Assembly (NCBI GenBank): GCA_963768855.1
Contig: CAVYJM010000008.1
Location: forward strand, 8,664-72,663
From: an uncultured Thermoplasmata archaeon
GTDB lineage: Archaea; Thermoplasmatota; Thermoplasmata; RBG-16-68-12
Reading direction: 5' to 3'
Length of the DNA: 64,000 nucleotides
Part shown: one piece after another, positions 30,020-39,275 of the stretch
How positions within the stretch are numbered: the first letter of the stretch is position 1
How the letters are laid out: the number at the start of each line of letters is the position of its first letter
Notes under the pieces: model-generated
What the model was told of the DNA's origin: nothing
Seen by the model: only the letters and a program-made list of their open reading frames with translations
The model's database searches: none
Position numbers and translations under genes: made by a program

Positions 30020-31363
30020 TTAGCTTTGCGACGGGATTGGAGAACGCGGCGGGGCGAGGTCGACCAGGGACACGAAGTCGTCGAACGTTCGCTGGTGGAG
30101 GACGTACTTCAGGACCTCGCTGATCCGGACGTACCGGGCCATGGGGATGTCGAGGCGCGTCGGCAGGTAGGCCAGCGTCTCCGCCAGGGTCGCGAAGGCC
30201 CGCGAAGGCCGGCGCAGCGCGTCGCGGACATGCTCCCGCACGTTCCAGACGCCGACGGGCATGATGTACCCGGGGTGGGTCTCCCGCAGGATGACCGTCG
30301 CGGCCTGGCGCCGCTCCCGGAGCAGGGCCTCGGCCACCGCGAGGCGAGCGGCGTAGTAGCAGCCGCCGATGCTCGCGTACGTCGTGCGGCCTTCGTAGCC
30401 CTCGTGGTCCCCGAAGATGACGACCTCACGCCCCAGCGGGTTCCACAGCGTGCTCGGGTACCACGCCTCGATCAGCTCGTACCGCCACGGTCGCGGCATC
30501 TGGATGACGAGGAACCGGTCGTCGAAGCCCACCGCCTCGAAGACGCGGATCGTGTCGACGAGCGGGAGCTCCTTGACCTTCTCCCGGAGGACCTTGCCGA
30601 TCGTGTCGTCCACGGCCGTAATCGACCACCGCGTCGGCACGAACTTGCGGTTCTTGCTGATCCCGAAGGCTCCCACGCTGAAGGCGCGCTGGATCTTCGA
30701 GACGGGGACCTGTCCGCGGTACAGCTCGACGACCGCCTCGCGGGCCAGGAGGTCCCCGTCCGAATAGGCGCGGTCCAGCCGCGGGTCGACCTTGATCGTG
30801 CCGACATCCACGTCGCGCAAGGGTGCGGAGGGGCCGAAGGGCTGCACGTTGTCGTCGAGGACCATCCGCCCGTGCGGCTTCTTCGTGAAGGAGACCTCCA
30901 TCTCCGCGGAGGCCACGGAGAGCGCGAGCTCGCGGGTCAGGTCGACGACCCGGCCCCCCGTCTCGACGTCCATCACGTGGACTCGGTGCATCCCGCGGAC
31001 GAGCTGGGACCGGAACGAGACGATGTCCTCCATGGACTTTCCGATCCAGGACTCCGGGGTGTCGAGCACCTCCGTGTCTCCGTGGACGGGCGGGACGAGC
31101 GGCCCGACGAACACCTTGGGATATCCGAACCGCCCGACGAACACGCCGGGAGGTGAGGCGCCCTCGAGGTCCAAGCGGTCGATCGCGGGCGCCGTGCGCA
31201 TCATGAAGTCCCACCGTACGAGGATGGGGCAGCGCGCCTTGCCGCAGAGCAGCTTCGCCCCGCGGCAGGAGATGCAGAGGCCGCCCGCGATGGCCCTCTG
31301 CGTGTCCGCGTCGAACAGGTTGTTGAAGTCCGGCGTCGCCTGCACGGCCGGAAGCGGGATCAT
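30020..31363 (-). CDS. nreA: Archaeal Nre DNA repair protein (DUF650/DUF651)
   Basis: CISCRG.KLLCGK.RCP, GASPPGVFVGRFGYPKV, RKFVPTRWSITAVD, GGCYYAARL, near-terminal PIP-like QRTFDDF. Confidence 0.92.
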   Translation of the reverse strand: MIPLPAVQATPDFNNLFDADTQRAIAGGLCISCRGAKLLCGKARCPILVRWDFMMRTAPAIDRLDLEGASPPGVFVGRFGYPKVFVGPLVPPVHGDTEVLDTPESWIGKSMEDIVSFRSQLVRGMHRVHVMDVETGGRVVDLTRELALSVASAEMEVSFTKKPHGRMVLDDNVQPFGPSAPLRDVDVGTIKVDPRLDRAYSDGDLLAREAVVELYRGQVPVSKIQRAFSVGAFGISKNRKFVPTRWSITAVDDTIGKVLREKVKELPLVDTIRVFEAVGFDDRFLVIQMPRPWRYELIEAWYPSTLWNPLGREVVIFGDHEGYEGRTTYASIGGCYYAARLAVAEALLRERRQAATVILRETHPGYIMPVGVWNVREHVRDALRRPSRAFATLAETLAYLPTRLDIPMARYVRISEVLKYVLHQRTFDDFVSLVDLAPPRSPIPSQS

Positions 31364-31463
31364 CGCAGGCGCCCCAGTTCCCGCGGGCTTTATGAAGGTG
31401 GTGGAGGGGGTGCCGAAACGGGCGACGGGAACCCTTATGGCCCCCTTGCGGCGTTGCCGGGGC

Positions 31464-32264
31464 GTGCCCGAGCCGCTCCTCGCGCTGAACACGGAGGACC
31501 GCATCCTCCTCTATCTCACCGACTTCCGGCACATGGAAGAGCGCTTCGTCCTGCCGCAGGCCCTTACCCAGAAGGCGATCGCCTACGCCGCGGGCATCCA
31601 GCGGAAGCATCTCTCGCGCTACCTCGACGAGATGGCCAAGGCCGGGTACCTGGTCGAGGCAAAGGGGCACGTCGAAGGTGAGAAGCAGCGGATGCTCGCG
31701 TACTACCTGGCCCCGCGCGGCTGGGAGCGGGCCCTCGCGATCAAGCAGCGGCTCGCCGCGATCCGCGTTCCCGTGAAGCTGAAGGACGAGACGAAGCCGA
31801 TGACGCTGGAGGAGATCGACAAGGCCACCTCCGCCCACCTGACCTTCGCCGACATCGTGCGCGAGGCGATGAACGTCGACACCCTCGACCTGGAGTACCT
31901 GAGCGGGATTGACGAGCGCCGCAAGCGCGAGATGGACGAACGGGTGAAGGACCTGGAGGACTACACGCGGGCCGTCATGACGGCATGGAAGGACGGTCGC
32001 GTCACCGCGACGGAACGGCTCCTGATCGAGCAGCTCCGTGAGCACCTCGGCATCTCGAGGGAGGAGCGCGACCGTATCGAGACGCAGGTTGTGGAGGAGG
32101 TCCTGGCGAACCGCGAGGGGATCTACCGCGCCGTCGCGGTCGAGGCGGTCGAGCAGGGGCCGATCGCTCCGACCACCCGCGAGCTGCTCGAAGCGCTCCG
32201 GAAGAAGCTTGGCCTCTCGGACCAGGACTGCGCCCGGATCGAGGCCTCCCTGGCGAAGGCCTGA
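31464..32264 (+). CDS. N-terminal winged-HTH plus C-terminal TerB-like helical repeats protein
   Basis: LTQKAIAYAAGIQRKHLSRYLDEM..AGYL (HTH); AWKDGRVTATERLLIEQLREHLGIS and RELLEALRKKLGLS (TerB-like repeats). Confidence 0.75.
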   Translation: MPEPLLALNTEDRILLYLTDFRHMEERFVLPQALTQKAIAYAAGIQRKHLSRYLDEMAKAGYLVEAKGHVEGEKQRMLAYYLAPRGWERALAIKQRLAAIRVPVKLKDETKPMTLEEIDKATSAHLTFADIVREAMNVDTLDLEYLSGIDERRKREMDERVKDLEDYTRAVMTAWKDGRVTATERLLIEQLREHLGISREERDRIETQVVEEVLANREGIYRAVAVEAVEQGPIAPTTRELLEALRKKLGLSDQDCARIEASLAKA

Positions 32265-32276
32265 CCCAGGCCGGGT

Positions 32277-32465
32277 TCACGACTTCCCGCGAATCAGCGG
32301 CAGCAAGATCAGGCCGAGGCACACCACGTTGACCACGAAGAGCGGGATCCACCACCACTCGAACGTGAGCGGCGTGGCGGACCACCACAGGTCTAGGCCG
32401 ATGACCATGAGCACGAGAAGCCAGAATCCCTGACGCCGGAGAGTCAGCCGAGCTCCCTCCCGCAT
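32277..32465 (-). CDS. Small 2-TM membrane protein
   Basis: GFWLLVLMVIGLDLWW...WWWIPLFVVNVVCLGLILLPLI. Confidence 0.6.
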   Translation of the reverse strand: MREGARLTLRRQGFWLLVLMVIGLDLWWSATPLTFEWWWIPLFVVNVVCLGLILLPLIRGKS

Positions 32466-32475
32466 CCTCCTCCGG

Positions 32476-33042
32476 CTAACGCGCGACGAACAAGCGGTAC
32501 TTCTGGGTCGGGTCCGAGATCTCCATCTCGATCCGCTTCGCGATCAGCTTCTCCGGATGGTGGACGCTCGGCACCCGCTTGTCGAAGTCCGCGAAGTCCT
32601 TGAAGGGGCCCTTCTTGCGCTCCTCGAGGATCGCCCACATCGTCTTCTTGCCGAGCCCGGGCAGGAGCTCGAGCATGTGGAAGCGCGTCGTGATCGCCTG
32701 GGCCTTGTTGAAGAAATCGATGAACCGCGGCTCCTTCTCCTTGACGATCTCCGCGACGACGAACGGGAGCTCCTTCTGCGCGCCGACGGTGAGCTCCCCG
32801 TAGGCCACGCGCCGCTTCACGTGGAGGATGTCCTTCCGGAGGTCGATCTCCTTGCCGATGTACACCCGCGCGCTGACGGGCAGGTCCGCGCCCTCCTTGG
32901 GCACGAGCTCGAAGAGCTTGAACTCGTCCTCGCCCAACGCGTAGGCGAGGGGCTCGCGGTGGTACTTGGACTGGTCGGGATGACCTTGCGGTAAGTAGTC
33001 GAGGATGCGGGCGTAGTCTTCCACGGAAATCGCCTCGGTCAA
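32476..33042 (-). CDS. DUF655 putative nucleic-acid-binding protein
   Basis: ILDYLPQG, YALGEDEFKLFEL, HMLELLPGLGKKTMWAILEERKKGPF (HhH); conserved position after rpo4. Confidence 0.92.
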   Translation of the reverse strand: MTEAISVEDYARILDYLPQGHPDQSKYHREPLAYALGEDEFKLFELVPKEGADLPVSARVYIGKEIDLRKDILHVKRRVAYGELTVGAQKELPFVVAEIVKEKEPRFIDFFNKAQAITTRFHMLELLPGLGKKTMWAILEERKKGPFKDFADFDKRVPSVHHPEKLIAKRIEMEISDPTQKYRLFVAR

Positions 33043-33377
33043 CGGTACTTGTTGACGATCTCCAGGACCTTCTCGGCATCCTCTTTGGAGAGGGCGAACC
33101 GTTCCTTGGCAAAGATTGCGCGCACGTCGTCGAGGTGCGTCGGGAGGACGTCCGCGATCTTCGCGGCGTTGGCCTGGGACATCATGGGGACCTCCATGAG
33201 TTCCTTGACCATCGCGGGGACCTTCTCCGGCGCGATCCGGGCGAATGCGGCGGCGTGGGACAGGGCGTACTGCTGCTCCGAGGTCAGGTCGCCCCGGGCC
33301 GCCTTCTCCCGCTCCAGGATGATCTTGAGTTCCGAAAGGGACACGTATTCCTCTTCCACTGGCAACCCCCTAGGCAC
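33039..33377 (-). CDS. rpo4: RNA polymerase subunit F (Rpo4/Rpb4)
   Basis: YVSLSELKIILE, EQQYALSHA, AAKIADVLP...DVRAIFAKE; L21e-rpo4-DUF655 synteny. Confidence 0.9.
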   Translation of the reverse strand: MPRGLPVEEEYVSLSELKIILEREKAARGDLTSEQQYALSHAAAFARIAPEKVPAMVKELMEVPMMSQANAAKIADVLPTHLDDVRAIFAKERFALSKEDAEKVLEIVNKYR

Positions 33378-33660
33378 GACGCAGGTGCTCCGGGAGGACC
33401 ACGCCCTGCTTGATGCGCGATCCGAAGCGGACGTCCACCAGGTACGCCCGCCCCCGCTTCCCGACGACGGTGCCGGTCATGCCGTGGAACCGGTTGTGGG
33501 GCCACCCCTTCTGAATGCTCGAGTCGATGAGGATCGTGACCTTGTCCCCGACCTCGAAGCTCTGGAACGAACGGGTGATCGGGGAGAGCCCGCGCTCGCG
33601 GGGGCTGCGGCGGTACTTCTGCCGCGTCTTCTCCATGATGCCCTTGGAGGCCTTTACCAT
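33370..33660 (-). CDS. rpl21e: 50S ribosomal protein L21e
   Basis: SKG...TRQK, FEVGDKV.I.IDSSIQKGWPHNRFHG.TGTVVG.RG.AY. Confidence 0.96.
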   Translation of the reverse strand: MVKASKGIMEKTRQKYRRSPRERGLSPITRSFQSFEVGDKVTILIDSSIQKGWPHNRFHGMTGTVVGKRGRAYLVDVRFGSRIKQGVVLPEHLRRA

Positions 33661-33666
33661 GCTCCG

Positions 33667-34875
33667 TCACCTCTCGTCGTGGATCTCCACGACGTCCAGT
33701 TCGAGGACCTCGCACGCGACCCCGAGTTGGTCCGCGAGGGACGGTTTCGTTCTCCCCTGGTCCCCGTGGACCAGCTCCTTGATGTAGGAGCCGGCCTCCG
33801 CGGTGACCCGGAGTTCCGCCACGGTCCCGTCCGTCGAGAGGAGTTCCGCTCTCTTGATGGACCGATGCCGCGTCGTGTCCGCCCGCCGATGGACCACCCT
33901 GGTCGGGGTGCGCTGCGCGATCGGCTGCGCCTCCAAGATGGTCATCTCCTTTTTAAGTTTTGCCTCGTCCACCGGGGAGGCGAAGCGGACCAGGACCCGA
34001 TACGTCTTGTCCGCGCGGTCCGACTTCACCGCGACGACGTCGGCACGGGTCGCGCTCAGGAAGGCGTCCACCTCCACCTGTCCCGAGGCGTTCACACGGT
34101 CGCGGGCCCCGGCCAAGTCGAGATGCCGCTTCCGGGGTTCCTTGATCTCGAGGACGAACGGGCGGCCCGAGCCCAGCATCCGGGCGTCGATGTCCTCCCG
34201 TCCCATGCCGTGGAGGGCGTGGCCGGTGCCGCCGGACTCCCGCATGATCTCCGTTGCGAGGACCTCCTCGACGCTCGTGGGGTACATCTTGCCCGTGCCG
34301 CCGCACTTCGCGCAGCCCTTCCCGCGACAGCGGTTGCAGGGCCACCGAGTCTGCGGGATTCCTCGGACCAGCTTGCGGTACCGTGCGCGGAGGAAGAGGG
34401 GGTTCACGTGCAGGTCCACATGGTCGAACGACGTGTCCACGATCGCGAGGATGTCCGGGTTCGCGAGGGACGGTTCCTTCTTCACGAGGTCGCAGACCCG
34501 CTTGCCCACCTCGCGGTTGATCTCCGACTTCAACGCCTCCTGGTTCGCCAGGGCGAGGTCGGACCAGAGGGATTCCTCGCGGCCCTGGACCTCCGGGTCG
34601 ACCTTGGATCCGATGAGGAACGTGTCGAACTCCCAGAGCTCGAGCTTCTTCGCAACGAGCCGGGCGAGCGCGTCGTAGCGGGAGGTGAGACCGGAGCAGA
34701 CCCAGCAGGGCCCCGTCCGGAGACGTGCCGCGGCGCGGACGGGTGCGCCGCGCTCCTCGTTCGTGTGGCCGTGGCCCAGCTTGCCGAACAGCCGGCCGAG
34801 ACAGGCATCGCAGAGCGTCCGCTCCCCGAGCTTCGACCAGTCGACCGCCCGAGCCGCGGCGAGGACCTCGTCCAC
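33667..34875 (-). CDS. pus10: tRNA pseudouridine(54/55) synthase Pus10
   Basis: LCDACLGR, YRKLVRGIPQTRWPC..C.G.GC, HGMGREDIDARMLG.GRPF, QRTPTRV.HRRAD, GSYIKELVHGD.GRT.PS. Confidence 0.95.
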   Translation of the reverse strand: MDEVLAAARAVDWSKLGERTLCDACLGRLFGKLGHGHTNEERGAPVRAAARLRTGPCWVCSGLTSRYDALARLVAKKLELWEFDTFLIGSKVDPEVQGREESLWSDLALANQEALKSEINREVGKRVCDLVKKEPSLANPDILAIVDTSFDHVDLHVNPLFLRARYRKLVRGIPQTRWPCNRCRGKGCAKCGGTGKMYPTSVEEVLATEIMRESGGTGHALHGMGREDIDARMLGSGRPFVLEIKEPRKRHLDLAGARDRVNASGQVEVDAFLSATRADVVAVKSDRADKTYRVLVRFASPVDEAKLKKEMTILEAQPIAQRTPTRVVHRRADTTRHRSIKRAELLSTDGTVAELRVTAEAGSYIKELVHGDQGRTKPSLADQLGVACEVLELDVVEIHDER

Positions 34876-34906
34876 GTCGTCCGCAAGGGGAGGACGGGCT
34901 TAAGCT

Positions 34907-35050
34907 TCACCCCACGCCGAAGACGGGACTGAGGATGACGCCGAGTTTGAGATTCGGCAACATCCCGCCCCCGATCTCGAGGAAGGAGCCAGCAATCCCA
35001 GCGACGGGCGCCCGGACCGAGAGGACGAGCAACGCCACGAGGATGTCCAT
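34907..35050 (-). pseudogene. Possible TauE/SafE (sulfite exporter) N-terminal remnant
   Basis: VAGIAGSFLEIGGG...VILSPVFGV resembles the AG..GsllGiGGG...P.l...gv N-terminal motif; only 47 aa. Confidence 0.35.
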
Positions 35051-35094
35051 GCATCGCGACGAGGGCAAGGCACGAATGCGTTTGCGGCGGATCG

Positions 35095-37611
35095 ATGCCG
35101 CAGAGAGCTCCGGCGCGAGCCCGCGTCCAAGGAACAAGGTTTATTCGGGGCCGGCTGCTCAGCGCGTCCGAGGCGGCCCGGGTGCGTTCCATCTTCCACA
35201 TCCTTCTCAGCAGCCCGAGCCCCCCCTCGGCGCCGCCGCAAGTCCCACCGACGGATCTGGAGATTGGCCTCGCGGCCGAAGAGGTTGCGCGCCGACTCCA
35301 AACGTTCGGCGCCAATGAGGTCCCGGAACGGAAGCAGAGCACCATCCTGCGATTCCTTCGCAAGTTCTGGGGTCTGACACCCTGGATGCTCGAGCTTACC
35401 GCCCTCCTGACCTTGTTCCTGAGGAACCTCGGAGACACGTACATCGTTCTCGGCCTCCTGATCCTGAACGCCGTCCTCGGGTTCTACCAGGAGGAACGGG
35501 CCAGCGCGGCCATCACCTATCTGCGTCGCCAGCTCCAGGTCAACGCACGGGTGAAGCGTGACGGCAAATGGTCCCTCGTCCCCGCGCGCGAGCTCGTGCC
35601 CGGCGACCTGGTGCGGATCCGAACCGGCGACTTCGTCCCGGCCGACCTGAAGATCCACGTGGGCTCCGTGGAGGTCGACCAGTCCGCGGTGACGGGCGAG
35701 TCCCTCGCCGTCGAGAAAGGCGTCGGAGGGCTCGTCGTCTCCGGCTCGACCATCGCCCACGGCGAGGCGACCGGCGTCGTCGTCGCCACGGGGACCAAGA
35801 CGTATTTCGGGAAGACCGTCGAGCTCGTGCAGATCGCGAAGCCAAAACTCCACATGGAGGAAGTGACCTCGAAGGTCGTCCAGTGGCTCCTCGTCATGGT
35901 GGGCAGCCTGCTCGCGGTCGCGATCGCGTATACGGCGATCATCGGCCAGGACGTGTTCGCGATCCTCCCTCTCGCGGTCGTCCTGCTCGTGTCCGCGATT
36001 CCCGTCGCCCTGCCGACGATGTTCACGATCTCCATGGCCCTCGGATCCCTGGAGCTCGCGAAGAAGGGCGTGCTCATCACACGGCTCAGCGCTGGAGAGG
36101 ACGCTGCCACGATGGACGTGCTGTGCGCGGACAAGACCGGGACGATCACGCTCAACCGGCTCCGCGTCGTCGAGGCCGTGCCGCTGAACGGGTACTCGGC
36201 CGAGGACGTAATCCGCTATGGGGCGCTCGCCTCCCACGAGGCGAACCGCGACCCGATTGACCTGGCGGTCCTCGAGGCGGCAGACTCCAGCGGCGTGGAG
36301 GGCCAGGGCTGGGTGCAGCGGGCCTTCGTCCCCTTCGATCCGGCCACCCGCCGAACCGCCGCCGCGATCGAGAAGGACGGCGCGAAGCTGTTCGTCCTGA
36401 AAGGGGCGATCCACGCGGTCGTGGCGCCCGGGTCGTCGAAGGAGGACCTGGCCCGGGTGGTCAAGGAGGTCGAGCGGCTCTCCGCGAAGGGATATCGTTC
36501 GCTCGCGGTCAGCATCGGCCCGGCGCTCGACCAGACCACGCCGGTCGGCATCCTCGCCCTCGCGGACCCGCCGCGCGAGGACTCCGCACGCTACCTCCAG
36601 GAGCTCCGTGGGCTCGGCATCTCGGTCAAGATGCTCACGGGGGACGCCCTCCCCATCGCCCGCGAACTGGCATCGGAGGTCGGGCTCGGAGACCAGATCA
36701 CGCGCATGGCCGACGTGAAGGCGAGCCTTGGCACCGGCCGGGACTTCGGCGCGATCGAAAGGTCGGCGGGGTTCGCAGAGATCTACCCGGAGGACAAGTA
36801 CCTCGTGGTGAAGGCCCTCCAGGAGCACCGCCACGTCGTCGGCATGACGGGCGACGGGGTGAACGACGCCCCCGCCCTGAAGCAGGCCGAGGTCGGCATC
36901 GCGGTCAGCAACGCCACGGACGTGGCCAAGAAGTCGGCGAGCGTCGTCCTGACCCACGAAGGGCTCTCCGGCACAATCGACCTCGTGAAGTCCGGGCGCA
37001 TGATCTACCAGCGCATCATCACGTGGATCCTGAACAAGGTCGTGAAGACGTTCCAGATCGTCGTGTTCGTCGTCCTCGCGTTCCTCCTCACCGGAGAGTA
37101 CGTCGTCTCCGTATTCAGCATGATCCTCTTCCTCTTCGTCACGGACTTTGTCACGCTGTCCCTGGCCACCGACACGGTCCGCTACTCGGAGACGCCCGAC
37201 ACCTGGGACATCCTGGGGCTCGTCAAGGTGGCGGTGGCCCTCGGGGTCCTCATCGTCGCGGAGTCGTTCGGGCTCCTGCTCCTCGGGGACCGCCTGTTCG
37301 GCCTCGCCGCAGACGTGCCCGCGCTCCAGACCTTCGTCTTCGACTTCCTTGTGTTCCTGGGCGTCCTACATGTCCTGATCCTTCGCGAACGTCGCCACTT
37401 CTGGGAGAGCCGGCCGAGCGTCCCCCTGCTCCTCGCGGTACTCCTCGACATCCTGCTGGTCGCAGCGATCTCGGCGCTGGGCTTCTTCCAGCTACATGCC
37501 ATCGGACCGCTGGAGATCCTGACCGTGCTGGGGTACTCGGCGGCGGCCGCGTTCCTGGTCAACGACCTTGTGAAGGCCGCGCTCGTGCGGAGGTTCTGGC
37601 CGTGGGCCTGA
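35095..37611 (+). CDS. Type IIIA (plasma-membrane H+-efflux-like) P-type ATPase; true start probably downstream of 35095
   Basis: [60 protein letters not shown]; TM6 Asp (VTDF). Confidence 0.9.
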   Translation: MPQRAPARARVQGTRFIRGRLLSASEAARVRSIFHILLSSPSPPSAPPQVPPTDLEIGLAAEEVARRLQTFGANEVPERKQSTILRFLRKFWGLTPWMLELTALLTLFLRNLGDTYIVLGLLILNAVLGFYQEERASAAITYLRRQLQVNARVKRDGKWSLVPARELVPGDLVRIRTGDFVPADLKIHVGSVEVDQSAVTGESLAVEKGVGGLVVSGSTIAHGEATGVVVATGTKTYFGKTVELVQIAKPKLHMEEVTSKVVQWLLVMVGSLLAVAIAYTAIIGQDVFAILPLAVVLLVSAIPVALPTMFTISMALGSLELAKKGVLITRLSAGEDAATMDVLCADKTGTITLNRLRVVEAVPLNGYSAEDVIRYGALASHEANRDPIDLAVLEAADSSGVEGQGWVQRAFVPFDPATRRTAAAIEKDGAKLFVLKGAIHAVVAPGSSKEDLARVVKEVERLSAKGYRSLAVSIGPALDQTTPVGILALADPPREDSARYLQELRGLGISVKMLTGDALPIARELASEVGLGDQITRMADVKASLGTGRDFGAIERSAGFAEIYPEDKYLVVKALQEHRHVVGMTGDGVNDAPALKQAEVGIAVSNATDVAKKSASVVLTHEGLSGTIDLVKSGRMIYQRIITWILNKVVKTFQIVVFVVLAFLLTGEYVVSVFSMILFLFVTDFVTLSLATDTVRYSETPDTWDILGLVKVAVALGVLIVAESFGLLLLGDRLFGLAADVPALQTFVFDFLVFLGVLHVLILRERRHFWESRPSVPLLLAVLLDILLVAAISALGFFQLHAIGPLEILTVLGYSAAAAFLVNDLVKAALVRRFWPWA

Positions 37612-37893
37612 GACGTTCGCCGGTCGGTTCAGAATGATCTCGATGCTGCTCACGCTGGCCGTCTTGCCGTCGTCCCCCGTCAGCCTCTCCGTGGCGATGC
37701 GGACGTCGCGGACCTTGGAGCCCGGGACGAAGCGGTTGCGTACGATCTCGGCCACGTCCACGGCCCGAGCGATGGATCGGCCACGGGCTCTGACGATGAC
37801 CTCCGCGCTGCCGGTGTTGAACTGCGTCACGACCGCGAGCACGTAGTTCATCGTGGGCTTCTTGCCGATGTAGACTGTGTTGGGCTCGGGCAT
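37492..37893 (-). CDS. albA: Chromatin protein Alba
   Basis: [45 protein letters not shown]. The ORF runs about 45 codons past the usual end and overlaps the ATPase. Confidence 0.92.
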   Translation of the reverse strand: MPEPNTVYIGKKPTMNYVLAVVTQFNTGSAEVIVRARGRSIARAVDVAEIVRNRFVPGSKVRDVRIATERLTGDDGKTASVSSIEIILNRPANVSGPRPEPPHERGLHKVVDQERGRRRVPQHGQDLQRSDGM

Positions 37894-38051
37894 GGAGGAG
37901 GCTCCGGTCCGTCGCCCTGTTAGGAGGAGGTGCGATATTAAGTCATTTCCCAGGAGACCTGGGGCTAGCCAGGATGCCAGGGGCCACCCCCAACGGAGGC
38001 GTTTCCGGTCGGAGAGACTCCGACGCTATGGCCAGAACCTTCAAATACACA

Positions 38052-38072
38052 ATAGTTGTATTCTGCAACTAT
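38052..38072. promoter_or_regulatory. Palindromic operator overlapping the MarR start codon
   Basis: ATAGTTG-N7-CAACTAT perfect 7-bp inverted repeat in an AT-rich patch, ending within the ATG at 38071. Confidence 0.65.
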
Positions 38073-38538
38073 GGAAGCAACCTCCCCCAAGGCGTGCGCG
38101 GGAGAAGTCCTGGACACCGTCCCCCTGATCATGCAATTCATTCGCGTCGAGATGCGCCGCAGCCGTGGGCCCGGCGTATCCGTCCCCCAGTTCCGCGTCC
38201 TGACCTATCTGAACCGCACGGAAGGTGCGTCCCTGTCGGCCGTGGCCGACCGCGTGGGACTCAGCCTCCCCGCGATGTCGCGCCTCGTCGACGGGCTTGT
38301 GAGGCGCGAACTCGTTCGCCGCGAGGAGTCGGCGGAGGACCGGCGCCGGGTGACGCTGCGCCTGACGAACCTGGGCAAGGAACTCGTCCGCACGTCCCGA
38401 GTCGGGGCGCAGGCCCACCTGGCCGAGGCCCTGACGGCGCTCGCGCCCTCGGATCGTGCCGAGGTCGCCGAGGCGATGCGGCGACTCCGCCCCGTGTTCC
38501 TTCCCAAGCCTCGGTCACCCGACGGAACGGAGGGATGA
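38071..38538 (+). CDS. MarR family transcriptional regulator
   Basis: VSVPQFRVL, SLSAVADRVGLSLPAMSRLVDGLV, EDRRRVTLRLT..G. Confidence 0.93.
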   Translation: MEATSPKACAGEVLDTVPLIMQFIRVEMRRSRGPGVSVPQFRVLTYLNRTEGASLSAVADRVGLSLPAMSRLVDGLVRRELVRREESAEDRRRVTLRLTNLGKELVRTSRVGAQAHLAEALTALAPSDRAEVAEAMRRLRPVFLPKPRSPDGTEG

Positions 38539-39012
38539 CTCACGCCGATCCTGGAGACCGAAAACCTCACCCGGCGCTTCGGTGAGCTCACGGCGGTGGA
38601 TCGTTTCACCCTGAGCGTCGAAGCCGGCGAGACCTTCGGGCTGCTCGGTCCGAACGGCGCGGGGAAGACCACCGTGATTCGGATGCTGACGACCCTGCTC
38701 CCGCTTACCTCCGGTAGCGCGAGAATCGCGGGCTACGACGTCGTGCACCGGGCGACCGATGTACGCCGGTCGATCGGCTACGTGTCCCAGATCCTCTCCG
38801 CCGACGGCAGCCTCACGGGGTGCGAGAACCTCCTCGTGTTCGCGCGCCTCTACGACCTCCCGCGCGACCAGATCCGAGCCCGCGTGGAGGAAGCCCTCCA
38901 GATCATGGGCCTCTCCATTTACGGCCTCCCGTTGGACCTCGGCGTCCTCGGAGCCTTCGCGGTCGCCCTCGTGCTCATCGGGGGCCACTACTACGCGAAG
39001 CTCGTACTCTGA
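38535..39012 (+). pseudogene. Truncated DrrA-like ABC ATPase fused in frame to the C-terminal helix of an ABC-2 permease (internal deletion)
   Basis: ILETENLTRRFG..TAVD, GPNGAGKTT, GYVSQ, LTGCENL are present. Signature and Walker B are absent; the sequence switches at IMGLS to IYGLPLDLGVLGAFAVALVLIGGHYY. ATG 38535 is one base out of frame. Confidence 0.75.
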
Positions 39013-39068
39013 AGAGGGTGCGCGGGAAACGTTTTAATAGCCCCCCGGGCATGGATTGACCGAGTCTC

Positions 39069-39233
39069 ATGCCGAAGAAACGCGACTCCGGATTCCAGTC
39101 CGCGGCGGGCCTCATCCGCTACTTCGACCAGGAGGACGAGAAGGCCATCAAGGTCAATCCCTGGCTCGTCGTCGCGATGTGCGTCGCCATGTCTGCGATC
39201 GTCCTGGTCGCCGAGTTCGCGTGGCCGTTCTAG
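39069..39233 (+). CDS. secG: Preprotein translocase subunit Sec61beta
   Basis: MPKKRDSGFQSAAGLIRYFDQEDEKAIKVNPWLVVAMC...; TTTTAATA about 30 nt upstream; absent from the ORF track (54 aa). Confidence 0.93.
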   Translation: MPKKRDSGFQSAAGLIRYFDQEDEKAIKVNPWLVVAMCVAMSAIVLVAEFAWPF

Positions 39234-39275
39234 GCCCCGCGGAAGGCTTTTCACCTGTGCCGCGTTCCCCGCCCC

